A stretch of 31,984 bases of DNA, taken from contig CM119264.1 in NCBI GenBank assembly GCA_051294375.1, forward strand, positions 20,778,844 to 20,810,827. The letters are read 5' to 3'. The position numbers and the translations under genes were made by a program. Source of the DNA: Paraspadella gotoi (Eukaryota; Animalia; Chaetognatha). Every line of letters begins with the position of its first letter. The first letter of the stretch is position 1. The notes beneath the pieces were generated by a model that saw only the letters and a program-made list of their open reading frames with translations, did not search any database and was not told where the DNA came from. Of the stretch, positions 1-11,884 are shown in pieces.

Positions 1-264
1 TTTTTCCTTCTAAAAACTTTTATTAATATTTTATTATTCTTTCTTTATGTGATAATCCTTTCTTTTCGTTGTAAATGATTTAGAGAAAAAACAAAGTTTT
101 ATTAGTTTCAACGAATTTGTTTTTATTGGAAAACAGACATGTTTCGGCTTTGGTTTTTCAAGCCTTCTACAGTGTTTTTTGTTTTCCAATAAAAACAAAT
201 TCGTTGAAACTAATAAAACTTTGTTTTTTCTCTAAATTATTCTTTCTATATTTCTCTCTCAATC

Positions 265-266
<2 letters not shown>

Positions 267-358
<92 letters not shown>
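267..358. repeat. (CT)n microsatellite
   Basis: Near-perfect CT run. Similar CT/GA tracts occur at about 6032, 6410, 7520-7612, 8283, 17745, 18720, 19008 and 28100. Confidence 0.97.
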
Positions 359-363
359 AATTA

Positions 364-612
364 ACTCATCGCGTCAATGAATGACTATCATCGCATCAAT
401 GAATGACTATCATCGCAATGAATGATTATCATCCTATCAATGAAATACTATCATCGCATCAATGAATGATTATCATCGCATCAATGAAATGATTATCATC
501 GGCATCCATCATTTGGTTATCATCGTACAATCCTTTGGTTATCATCGCATCAATATTGGTTATCATCGCATCAATATTTGGTTATCATCGCATCAATATT
601 TAGTTATTATCA
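364..612. repeat. ~20-23-bp minisatellite (ATCATCGCATCAAT core)
   Basis: Tandem units TATCATCGCATCAATGAATGAC / ...AATATTTGGT; a second array of the same family lies at about 19102-19329. Confidence 0.9.
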
Positions 613-694
613 AAAGCAGGCTCGATCCCTATTGCTTTTAAGATTTTTTATTTATGATTACTAATAAATGTTTTAATTAATTAATTAATTAATT

Positions 695-1149
695 TGAAAA
701 AATGATACAATTTAAAAAATTATGCAAGTTGAAAAAATTATGCAAGTTGAAAAAATTATACGAGTTGAAAAAATTATACGAGTTGAAAAAAATATGCAAG
801 TTGAAAAAAATTATGCAAGTTGAAAAAAATTATGCAAGTTGAAAAAATTATGCAAGTTGAAAAAATTATGCAAGTTGAAAAAATTATGCAAGTTGAAAAA
901 ATTATGCAAGTTGAAAAATTTATGCAATTGGAAAAATTTATGCAAGTTGAAAAATTTATGCAAGTTGAAGAAATTATGCAAGTTGAAGAAATTATGCAAG
1001 TTGAAAAAATGATGCAAGTTGAAAAATGATGCGAATTGTAAAATGATGTAAATTTAAAAATGATGAGTTGAAAAATTATGTGCGTGAAAAAATTATGCAA
1101 AGTTGAAAAAAATGATGCGAGTTAAAAAAATGATGCGAGTTAAAAAATT
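695..1149. repeat. 18-bp minisatellite (TTATGCAAGTTGAAAAAA)
   Basis: About 20 tandem units; accounts for the periodic ORFs at 774-1100. Confidence 0.95.
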
Positions 1150-1399
1150 TCCCCAATTGTGGTGGAATGACAACTTTCTGCAACCTTCCTGGACGGATCA
1201 TAGCTAATATCTCTTCTTTTAGTAAATTTGATTATAATATTTTTATACGGTCAAAAAAACAAAAAATGGCTAATGACTGAGAAAAAAAAAGAATGAAATC
1301 GTTTTGAAAAAAGAATAATCTAAGTTTTCGGTTGGAATAAAAAAAAGAAACGAAAAACAAAAATTTATATTAAGGTTTATGAATTTTTTTTTTAAATAA

Positions 1400-1725
1400 T
1401 GAGATGGCCGAACGGTTAAAAACTAAGACTTTGATGTGGAAAGGAATGGTAGGATTCGAATCCCACTCAAGGTAAACTTTTACAATAAACTGTTGTCCCA
1501 AAAGTGGTCGTAGAGCAATGGCTTACCGAAGGGGGAATAGCCATATGTGTACTCGATAACAAGACAAAAACCTGCTTTCAAATTATCATTTGTACTCGAG
1601 TTACAGAGCTTGCCGTCTCAGAAATTCTAGATGCTACTGTAAGAATAGCGTGAGGTGGCCACAGAGTTAAAAGTCTCTAAAGCCAAATGGTGGTTTGACT
1701 GATACCTTATGTATGATAAATACAA
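1400..1725 (+). mobile_element. tRNA-headed SINE-like or solo-LTR-like element
   Basis: A-box-like TGGCCGAACGG and B-box-like GGATTCGAATCC with TGAG/CTCA flanks (1400-1470), followed by a body more GC-rich than the flanks. No proper cloverleaf; the 3' boundary is uncertain. Confidence 0.5.
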
Positions 1726-2119
1726 CCTTTCTTGCGTTAGAGGATTTTTTTTATAGGACAATGTCATAAAATTCTTTTTTTCTGTTTATATTATGAAGGT
1801 TTTAAACACTATTTGACTAAATACACAGATCCATTCATTAGTTTTCCGATCGGTCTAGTTTATTAAGTTGCTTCATTTTTAGTGGTTCAAAAAATGCAAA
1901 ACTTTTTATATTAATAAATAAATTTGTTTATTAACTTTTATATATCTCCTGAATTTCATATGTATTTTATTAAAACTATCTGAATAACCATCTTTTCTAT
2001 TTTTCAAATTTTTTTTTAATTTGTAAAAAAATACAACTTTTTAATAATATTTAAATATTGTTTAATACAATGTTTTTGTATTTCTATAGTTAAAACACTT
2101 TTAAATACTTGGATTTAGT

Positions 2120-2230
2120 TATATTCCGCGCTACTGACCAATGGTCAGTGACCATTCACCCAGTCCCGCTCCGCCCCTAATGCAATAGGCGCCGGACGTC
2201 TCTGAGCCGGGTCAGCGTCTCGTCGTCTAT
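2120..2230. promoter_or_regulatory. GC-rich promoter-like patch
   Basis: CCAAT within the palindrome ACTGACCAATGGTCAGT and a CCGCCC GC box, at an abrupt AT-to-GC transition. No linked gene identified. Confidence 0.25.
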
Positions 2231-5200
2231 GGCGACTATTTGCAAAGAAAGATTAACGAGGACCCATAATTTTTATGCATTATTAAGAAGGCTAAAGAGG
2301 AAAAAAAAACACCGGTGGCCATTCATGTATGGAAGGCAATAATAAAACAGAGAAGGGAGAAGAGAGGGTTAGAGAAGTGGACGGAGTCAGATTGGATAAA
2401 GGGTGAAAGTGTGAAAAAGATCTGAAGGAAACAAAGAAAGAGAGAGAGAGAGGAAGAGAGAGAGAGAGAAAGTTTCTGTCGTTTTGGTCGCGGATCCGGG
2501 CGACGAGTCGTATATGAGGGAGAAAGAGGAGAACGGCTCTTTTTTGACATTGGGCCGACTAATTAGTTGGCCATTGTTCGCTCAGTGATTGATGCGCCCC
2601 GGGGTGTGTCGTGGCGGGGTTGGGGTGGGGTGGGGTAGAGAATCGATCAGGCGGTTGCGGTGGGGTTCGGGTAGAAATCACGGTCAATGTTAGGGGTTAT
2701 TCTTAGGAAAACGGATGTCCGCATTTTGCTGTGTAAAGGCGGGGAGTTAGATTAAAAAAAAATTGTAATGCATCAGAAAACCAGCATTAAATGTGGACTA
2801 AGTCACTACTCCGCCTCGCGACTGCGACTATTAGACTTTTAGTAACGCGCAACAAAATTTTTCGTTGTGATTGACATGTACACAGTTTTTCGTAATCCGC
2901 ATGACAGAAAGATGGCGCTGATTTGGATGGAGGCGCGATTATTGCGTAGAGATCGAGGTTGCATGATTTATTGAGTTAAATTCAAACCGAACTTGACGCC
3001 TAGAAAAAAAAAATTATTTGGATTGTTGACAGTTGAGTTGAATGTGAAATTTTTTCCCTTTCGTTTAAAATTGGAAGAATATATTTAAATAAATTCTAAT
3101 AGATTTAAATAAAATTCATTCTCGATGAAGTAACTGTCAGTATTAAGATATTCATATTTTTCTTCGTTATTTCCAGAGATGAACCATGAACATTGGAAGG
3201 CAGCGCGCGGCTCGCACACTCTCCGTCTCTCTCGCTTACTCTCTGGGTCTCGCTCTCTCTCCTCTACTCTCGTCGCGCGGTTAAGGAGAAAACGATGAAA
3301 GCTTCCGCGAAAGCTGAGGGGAACTGGACAGCTGTCGCCAACCGGGAAAGGGCCGGACCATGGTGAGGACGCCTGTGGGGAGGAAAGAGGGGGGGAGAGG
3401 GGGAGGAGTTCTCAGAAAGGAAAGGAATGAAGGAGGAAGAAGAAGGAAGAAAAATGGAGAGATGAAGACGTAAAAAAAAACATAATAAACGGATCGATGG
3501 AAGAAGAAAATAGGTAAATATAAAATTATGCAATAACAAACGAAGTACAATAGATAATTCTTTTAAGTTAAAGATATTGAAATATTTACAATTACAGCAA
3601 AAGTAAAAAGAATAAATATGTAAAACATTTTCCCCTATTGTGTATAACAAAAACACCTTTGAATACTTTATACAAACATTGTACAAGAATCAAAGGTAGC
3701 GGGGCCCGAAATTGTATATTTTTAATCTCGACTTTGGTTGAATTTCGTCTCTCTTTTCCCGGAGGCAACAATTTCTCGAGCTTCCTCCATTTTTGATGTT
3801 CTCCGATACCTCTCTCCACACTTCCCCTTCTTTTAGCTTCTCAAGCTCACTCCTAACTTCCTTCATATTCACTTCCTTCTCTCTTCCTTCATATTTACTT
3901 CTTTCTCTTTTCCTTCATTATCACTTTCTTCTCTCTTCTTTTTTTGCCATTTTAAATATTTCTCGCGTTCTTCTCTTTGCTTCAATTGCTCTTTTCCTGA
4001 AATAATTTCTCTGAATTTCTATAGAATATTTTCTTCTTTCCCTCAGTTTTATCTTTTTGTTATTTTACATATTTTTTCCCCACTGTCTTTTCATTTCTCC
4101 TTTATTCTCTCATTTATTCTTAATCTTCTTCCCTCCTTCCATAGTCCATATGTTGTTCCCCTCTTTATCCGCACTCCTCGCATTCTTTTATCATTCCAGC
4201 TCACCGTCTATCCTAGCTCTTGTTTTTTGGTAAAAAACCCTGGCAAAAATAAAGGTCTGTTCCAATAGAGCTTTGAGATCTATTGGAAGAGCATATTTAC
4301 AGGTGTTGAAAGATTTGGCCACTCTCTGATCAACTGATAATATAAACTCATACATAGGCTGGGAAGGTCCGCCCAAAAATCCATCTCGTTTCCATGTCAC
4401 CACCTCCTCCCTCATCTAAGACGCCACCGGCAACCAATTCGTTTTTAATATGCGATGCTTCGCTTTAAGCCACTGATCCGTTTTCGTCGCCGAACCCCTC
4501 GCCTCTCACCACCGCCACCTCATAATTCGCTCCCTAGTTCACTCTTCTACCCCCGATCCCGTCTAGATTTTTATCAAATTGAAGGGGCGTGGCCGATTCA
4601 ACCCTTCCTATCAACCTCTCTGTCACGCTGTCAGGTGAATCGTCGATATGTTCGGAAATATTCGAACGAGCCTTTCCTCGCAATACTGGGAAGGAGGTCA
4701 AAGAAAAGCGGAGAAAACGAGAAAAGAGAAAAGGAAAAGAGGGAACAAAAAAACGAGGGAAGGACGGCGATAAATAAAGTAGAAAGAAAAGCGAGAAACG
4801 AAAATTAAAGAAGGTGAACTAGATATAGTGGGGAAAGAAAGGAAGTCGCAAGAAATGGAAGGAAAAACAAAGAGAGGAGAAAAAAAAATGAAAGGAAAGA
4901 AGAAAAAGTAAGGATAGGGTGGACCAGAGGCTAAAACAAGTGATACGAGAATTGGGCGCTAAAACGAGGGAGAACAGAAAAAGGATCGGGATAAACATGG
5001 GAAAAGAAAAGGCGCTAAAACAAGAAAGGTAAGGTCGACGAGTGGGAGAGAAATAAGTGAGAAAAGGTAGGCGCGGATTAAGATCGGCCGCCGTCTTCGA
5101 AACCATCGTCCCTCGGGCATCGTTGCGCGGGAAAAGACCCCGACGCGCGCGTAACTGAAACGGTTATCCAATTGTCTCTCCCGCTTCTCTTCCGCGGCCC

Positions 5201-6027
5201 CTCCTCTCATTTTTGCACCTTTCCCTTTTCTGATTCTCTTTTGCAAATATCATTCTCTCCTCCTCGCCCGTCCCCTCGCAATTTCCCCCTCTTGAGTTTC
5301 AGATTCTCTCTCTATCCATTTTCCCAATTTTCACTCCGATCGAATATCGTCTTCCCCGCTGCTTTATCAGTGTTTGTCGCAGCCATTATTATTATTCATA
5401 TCGAATCTTAACTATTGCCCCTTACCTTGGTTAATGGTTATGCGCTCTTCCTCACCCTATATTCCCCGCTGCCCCACGTTCAGTTTCCACGATCTGTTCT
5501 TTTGACCTCATTGCTCTCTTTTTCTTATCTTTTCCTGTACTTTTTTCCTTTCCCAGTTTTTAAAATGTTTGCAGTTATAGTTCTGTTGGACATAAACTCT
5601 CGTCGTAATCCGTCGATCTTATTTACCTTTTGTAAAGGTCTTTAAAAATATAAACAATCGATATTTGTTTACAAACAATACAGTTCATTGTCATTTTAAT
5701 GCTTTGTTCAATAATGATTTCATTCATTACAGATCGCATTAATATTTATTAGCCATCGTCAGGGTTTATATAGTTTGTTGTTCGTTTATGGTTTGTTATT
5801 TGAAGTTTATTATTACAGTTTTATGTTATTTGAATAGTGGCAAAGCCGAGCTTACCTGAGAGGTCTTTATTTACTGATTCATTACCGATGCTTGTTTCTG
5901 CTTCTCTAGATTTGATCCTTAGGGACTCGATCCTACATGCGTTATAGATACTCGCAGAATGGTGAGCAAGAGACGGAAAACCCCGCTCATCAGTTCTTTC
6001 AGTATTCTCTGTTTAGAGAGAAATTTT

Positions 6028-6058
<31 letters not shown>

Positions 6059-6432
6059 TCAGTCTTTTCCATTTTGCCCAGCCAGAGATCTCCCACTTAA
6101 TTTTGACTCTCGTCTATCCCGTCTCACCCTCTCCTCTCCTCCCCTTCTTTTCCCACCTCCCCATTTTCCTCCTCTCTCTTTCCGCCAATGCGAAGTCGGA
6201 CGTCTTCCCCTTTCCACGCCCGGAGCTTGTCTTTGCTGTCAGACGCGCTAGATTACCCTTCGGCTCCTCCTTCATCTCTCTGGACCCGAAACAAAAACCG
6301 ATCGTAACTGGGACGCCGAAACGATAAGGAATCACTTCCGGTTACAAATTTGGGTGGCGAGATAGGCACTGTTTTTCTTATCAAAGTGACAATTTACATT
6401 GGCGCGTGACGAGAGAGAGAGACAGACACAGA

Positions 6433-6464
<32 letters not shown>

Positions 6465-7581
6465 AAGCGTCGTAAAATCACTTAATTCGTTAATAAAACG
6501 GATTTTATTTGCGTTGCTTTAAAGAGAAAAATATATTTTCATTTCAAAGCAACCGACTTATTTTTTTCTGTGTTTGCATGCTTACTTTCAAAGTAACTCT
6601 TCAGTCTTCATCCTTGAAATAGTTGTACGCACGTACGTTTCGCCATTTGGCTCTGTTCAGTGTTCATGTTTGCAAACAATGTGGTGAATAAAAGTTGGTA
6701 ATGACATTATGCGTATGAATACGAGAATGTCAAGAAATGGCAGAGGTTGATTGTTTGCCCTCGCGGATGCGCATAACTTGAGACAGTGTGGGAAGAAGAT
6801 ATGGAGGAGGCGGACGAAAAAGAAGAGAAAAATGTAGTATGGGAAAGAAAAAGGAATAGAGAAAGGAGGAAGGGGGAAGAGGGAAGGGGGAGGAAGGAAG
6901 ACGAGGAATGAGAAACGGATGAGATTACATAGAGCGAGTGGGATGGCGATTCAAAGGAGTCTATAAGAAAAAAAGAAAGATTGCAATATCTGTAGAGTGA
7001 ACCGATCTCACTATTTTGAGGCTACAGGGTAAGTGAAGAGGAGAAAGAAGGAGGAATTAGGAGGATAGTTGAGGAGTTAAGAGGAGCGAGGCGGAGTAGT
7101 GACTGAATGACATTAAACGAGAAGCGCGATTGAGATTAATGGGGACGACGGTGGAGACGAGCGACGAGGGAAGCGGTGATGCGCGAGGTTCAAATCTTGG
7201 ACGAGTCGAGGACGGAAGGAGGAAAGAAAAAAAGAGTAGAGGGATGAAGGAAAGGAAAGAAAGAAGGAAATAAATTAAAAGCAAAATAGTGGGGAATAGG
7301 GTTGAAAAATAGAAAAGTAAAAAAAAGGAAAATAAATATTAACGACAGAATGAAACTTCAGCTACTCTTTGTTGTCAATTACGGAACATTGACGTAAGAG
7401 GGACAAAAAGATCATAAGATTGAAATTATAAAATGAGAAAAATCTAGACTAGAGTTAGATTGCCTCAGACATGAAGAGTGAGAGTAGACAGCTGGTTCAA
7501 AGATTCAAACTTGCGACCGAGAAAGAGAGGGAGAGAGAGAGGGAGAGAGAGAGAGTGATAGAGAGTGAGAGAGAGAGAGAA

Positions 7582-7614
<33 letters not shown>

Positions 7615-8295
7615 ATAAAATATCGCCAGAGATGGTTTAAAGCCAAAAAATGATAAATAAAACCAAAACACAATAAATAAAACGCGAAAGGCAATGGAAG
7701 GAGAGAGTATTCCACACCTGGTTACGATCGGAGTTTTATGGCGGAGAAGATTATTAAGAATTTAAGTACGGCCTGAATAAAAAAAGAAGAAAAAAACGGC
7801 CATCTGATCTAAGAAAGATCGACGATCGAAACAAAGCGAACAGTTCGACTCACGGTACCGAGTTTTTATTATACTGAATCACGGAATGTCGATTAATGGC
7901 AAAATTTGTTAGTTCGGTCCGATTCTTCAATTATCAGAACATCGTTTTAAATTTTTCGTGCTTGAATCCGTGAGAATTTTTATACTATGAATGTAATTCT
8001 TGTCGTTTTCTACGTTCAAAAAACTCTCCGCGATTTTAAGAAGGAACGATTTTGAGCGACGCAACGATGACGACTTAGCGACGACTGCGACGACGACGAC
8101 TCGACGAGGGTGACGACGACAAAAAGGGTGATGGATGCTGATGAGTTGATTGATGGAGTCTTCGCGATGAAATGGAACCGACCTTCTTCATCAGAAACGC
8201 CTCTAGCGTCGTCGTCGTCGGCAGCATCGAGCCGGTCGCTGCGGCAGAGGATCTTTTGAAAAAACTTTGATAATAAATAATGGAGAGAGCGAGAG

Positions 8296-8329
<34 letters not shown>

Positions 8330-8469
8330 AATTCCTACTTCACGCCCGCAAATTCGCGCGTTCAAACGTCACCCGTTCCGTGTGGTTCAACGTGGGATTG
8401 AAGAGGCTGGTTTTACAGGGCGCCACACCCGCAGCGGTGTCACCTCGTGGCGACAGCGAGACAGCATGT

Positions 8470-8550
8470 TCATGTAGTCCAAAGCTTTAGATCTGGCAGT
8501 AGGCCCATGCCTACAGGCGGGTTACCCGGTCCATCCCACTTTCTACATGA
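8470..8550 (-). ncRNA. Putative type-P5 twister ribozyme in BEL LTR (copy 1)
   Basis: UCAUGUAG aaa GUGG GA UGG accggg U^AA CCC GC cu GUAGGC augg GCCUAC ug CCAGA U CUA AAGC UUUGG a CUACAUGA. P5 8 bp, P3 6 bp, P4 5 bp, T1 CUA/UGG, T2 GC/GC. Predicted cut at 8524/8523. Confidence 0.72.
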
Positions 8551-8552
8551 CA

Positions 8553-8616
8553 ACCTCAGGGCTCGAACCAGGGACGCACATTGGGATGGTGCATTAGTCC
8601 ACTGAGCCACTGAGGC
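8553..8616 (-). promoter_or_regulatory. tRNA-derived Pol III internal promoter in BEL LTR (copy 1)
   Basis: A box TGGCTCAGTGG, B box GGTTCGAGCCC, acceptor-like GCCTCAG/CTGAGGT pairing; too short for a functional tRNA. Confidence 0.75.
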
Positions 8617-9259
8617 GCTGCGAAAGAAACAGCTTTAATCCATCTGTGGTGATAGGACCACCAGAGGATCTTCGTAGATAAAAATCTGAATGTCGAGACA
8701 GATTTTGAAGGAAAAGACGAGAGATATATTCAGACGTTTATTTTCACAATAATGTCCATAAAAAGTCCAGTAAAACTGTTATTGGGACGGACAATGTGTT
8801 TCTTAGAGAGCAAATCTAATAACTTGAGAAATGTCTCTATTTTCTTTCTCTCAATGACGACGGCCAAACAAGAGACCAGTAAAAATGCTCAACAGTCAGA
8901 TAAAAGACCGGTCAAATACAACTCAGAGCAAAAACGTTTGATAGAGAGGGAAAATTGAATTGCGAGGTATGACATTTAACACCCCCCGGGTCTAAACATA
9001 GTTTGGACTAAAAACTGACAATGTTATGTTTTGGATAAAAAGATTTTGATTGTAGAAATGTAAATTTAGGTTTGCAGTGGCTAACGAAATAACATTACGA
9101 AATTTCAAGCATTGAAAATTACTTCATGGTACTAGTTTAAAAGTCACCTGGTAAAACAAAATAAAAATGTTTGTTCTTAAAGTTAATCGTAAAGATATTA
9201 AACATAAATTATCTTGTTGGCGACGGCTTCTTGATATCACCGGATTATCCCGACGTCTA

Positions 9260-9570
9260 CTACGTCGCCTCTGCTTCGCCTGCATCATGATTCTTGTTAT
9301 CATTGACGGCGTTGCTTAGATTTTGAAAATACATCCGTGGCGGCAGCATTTCGTCCATGAAGGCATCGTGTAGAGACGTGTGATGTGGATCGTCACAGGC
9401 TTCACAAAGATGTTGAGATTGACAGTTCTTTGCGACGCGGCCCCCGCCTGAGACACCTAAAGCAGAGCTCGTGGTGGGCAGCAACGTCTTTTCGTAATCC
9501 AGAATCGGCTTGGCGAAAATTAGAGCACTGAGAGATAAAGTGTTTTTCATCACACAAAGTGCATTCCACT
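9260..9570 (-). pseudogene. gag: BEL/Pao Gag C-terminal zinc-knuckle region, frameshifted (copy 1)
   Basis: CTLCDEKHFISQC, CFRCLRRG[fs]RVAKNC, CEACDDPHHTSLH; an extra G in a G run splits the ORFs at 9402 and 9260. Confidence 0.85.
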
Positions 9571-11149
9571 NNNNNNNNNNNNNNNNNNNNNNNNNGTAAC
9601 AAAAGTATCGAAATAAGATGATGATTTAGATTATTTTAACCAGTTTTTCATATTCTATCCCCTCTAAGAGTCAAAAACTAAAAAAAGATATACTGATCCG
9701 AAAAGCTTAGTTCAAATTCCTTTAACCACCCTACCTTAGTTAGGCTTTCCCTAATACTAAGACAATAAAAGGTCAGCCGCTGCCGACGTCGGAAATAATT
9801 CTTTGTGGACTCAAGTCGCCAGTAATTATCATTATTTCGATGGTCTTCTACTTGTCCGGAGTTTACCTTTTTACAGAACTCACTAAAAATGCTCCGGCTT
9901 TTCTGGGCGATTTTTAAATAAACATTTGGTCTTGCATTTTCTCGGAACCTTGTTCCAGGCTTTCTTTCATTTCATTTTCTTCTCTTGGAAATCGCTGTAA
10001 ATGTAACACTTCGATTAAAATTTATTGCATTAAAACTTATAATATATATAAAAATAAAAATTAAATATCATTTCTCGACGCGTTATCATTATTGTATTGC
10101 AGCGATGAGACGTATCAACGATCAAATGAAAATTAAAATTCAACGAACTTAATAAAATCGACGATTAGAATACGTTTTTCTCTTTTTTTTTAAATAATTA
10201 ATTTCTTTAGTTTTATCCTTTTTTTTCAATTTTTAAATTATTCAAAATGTAAATAAAAGGAATTTAAGTAAGAATAACTTTAGAGAAATCTTGAAGGCCT
10301 GAAAAATTCTGATTTTGGACATAATGTCACAATTTAATCCACGTTGAAAAAAATTATTGACCTAACGTTTGACTCTTTGTTTTTTCTCAAAACTTTAATA
10401 TTTCGTCGACTTCAGCGATGGGGTGGGTTTCGGTTCATCGCACTCGTTATCGTCATGGACGGAGCAGTCGTGGAGGTGAATGAAAATAAAAAGAAATAGA
10501 GAGCGAAGAAGAAATACCAAGGTTCTCCCGCATCCACCTCAGCTCCTGAGCTGCGGGCCCAATCGCCCACGCCGCCTTCCCCGTCATCCTCGACATGGAC
10601 GGCGCCGCAGCCGACGTCGCGTCCCTCCTCATGCTTCTGCGCGCATCGTCCAGGGTAGCGGCTCCGCCTCATCGGCCGTCGACCACCGTCAGAGCGAGCG
10701 CCTCCGGCGCGATCAGCGGCTATCAACGCGAGACCGCGTCATAGAAACTGGCCCTCTCGACGACGAGACGAATTACGGCGAAGGCGAAGACGATTACGAC
10801 GAAAATTCCTAATCGTCGTAGGGGACGAATTTAATTCCGCGAACTTCCCCATCGAGGACCCGAATTCTCTTTAATGGGTTAAAACAACGCGACGCCTACA
10901 ACAGTTACAATATCCACGACGGTAATAACAACGAAAATAGCAATCTGCATCAATGACAATTTAGAAATTACATCAATAACAACAAAATTTCATTTCATAT
11001 TAAATTATTTTACAGTAAAAGCCATCAACAATTAAACTGATTTGAAAACATAATTTAATAATCAGGTAAATGAATAACGTTAATAAACTAACAGAATTCA
11101 TATAAATTAATCGAATCAACATAAAGTAAAAACAAAATAACAACAAAGA

Positions 11150-11810
11150 CGACAAAACTGCCATCTTCCTTTTGCCAGACACGACGGACTAAGCGACGTT
11201 CCCCAAAAGATTGCGTCCAAATGTTGGAATCGCGTCAGTTACACGGCGGCGACGCTGCGCCGGCGGCACAGGAGGCAGCGTCGCATCGACGGGCCGGCGG
11301 CCAGCTTGGAGACTTTCAGCGGCGTCGCCTAGTGGCGTCGCAAGCGGACGTTCTCGGCGTCGTCGAGAGGATGAATGATCGACTCCAAGAAGAGGTTGGA
11401 CAGTCCACTAGAGATATCTGTCTGTTTCTCTGCCTCGCCTTTCTGCCATTGCCTGTCTTTTCTTTTTATGAGTCAGTCTGTCATTTAAAAGTAAGTGGTT
11501 TACCAAGATGATTTGATGTAACCTTACCAAAAATTTTTTCCCTCCTTCACTAACAATAGGTAAGGCCAATTTGGTCAAAAAGTCCAAATGCGTTTCAATG
11601 CTTTCCCCCAGTCGCCCGACCCCGGCCAGAGTTCCTGGTGGCGCGGTCGAAAATTTCAAAGGTTCGGCCTCGTTCATTTCCTTGCCCGTGGACCGCTGAC
11701 GAATCTGCCAAAAGCGATTACGAGATGGACGAAGAATTGACGTGGGGAGGTTGAAGATGCCGTCAGGTGGCTGCATTCGAAGTGTAGGGCATTAATAATT
11801 TAAGGGTTTA
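11150..11810 (-). pseudogene. MED16: Mediator subunit 16-like C-terminal exons, frame-disrupted (pseudogene or sequencing errors)
   Basis: Ordered motifs KLLMP[fs]TLRMQPPDG..EPLKFSTAPPGTL..PLDDAENVRL..RRCLLC..W-T-Q-S-F-x3-R-L-V-R-R-V-W parallel the MED16 C-terminus as I recall it (QLLIPSLDWLPASDG..QPLRLQFGRAPTL..IDHLRRLHL..CTRC..WEQRWIKNCLCGGLW). In-frame stops and indels are present. Confidence 0.55.
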
Positions 11811-11884
11811 CAGGTCGTGTTAGGTAAAGAATAAAGTATAAAGAATAAAAGAGTAAAGATGATGATGAGTTCTGGATTGAAACT

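Larger units (their letters stand above)
8399..8981 (-). repeat. 583-bp 3' LTR of BEL element copy 1
   Basis: Starts TGTTAAATG immediately after the PPT and ends CTCTTCA where similarity to copy 2 breaks down; AATAAA at 8742-8737. Confidence 0.8.
8399..9570 (-). mobile_element. Non-autonomous gag-only BEL/Pao LTR retrotransposon, 3' part (copy 1)
   Basis: Minus strand: BEL-type zinc knuckles, stop, ~270-bp spacer, GGGGGG PPT (8982-8987), then a TGTT...TTCA LTR. Near-identical copy 7122 bp away. The 5' part runs into an N gap. Confidence 0.85.

Noticed and set aside
774-1100. Periodic ORFs (MQVEKI / STCIIF repeats)
   Set aside because: Translation of an 18-bp minisatellite, open on both strands.
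364-1149. CRISPR-like appearance of the tandem arrays
   Set aside because: No unique spacers, eukaryotic context, no cas genes.
4191-4415. 74-aa minus ORF with a GTGAG donor-like site and a 10-bp hairpin (TTCCAATAGA/TCTATTGGAA)
   Set aside because: No recognisable domain or partner exon; hairpin too short for a miRNA call.
6468-8156. Hox/Pbx-like motifs (GTCGTAAAATCA, TTTTATGG, TGATTGATGG)
   Set aside because: Short motifs expected by chance; no homeobox or Hox-cluster miRNA found.
8752-8958. Duplicated 68-aa plus ORF (also 15874-16080)
   Set aside because: Antisense within the BEL LTR; duplication explained by the element.
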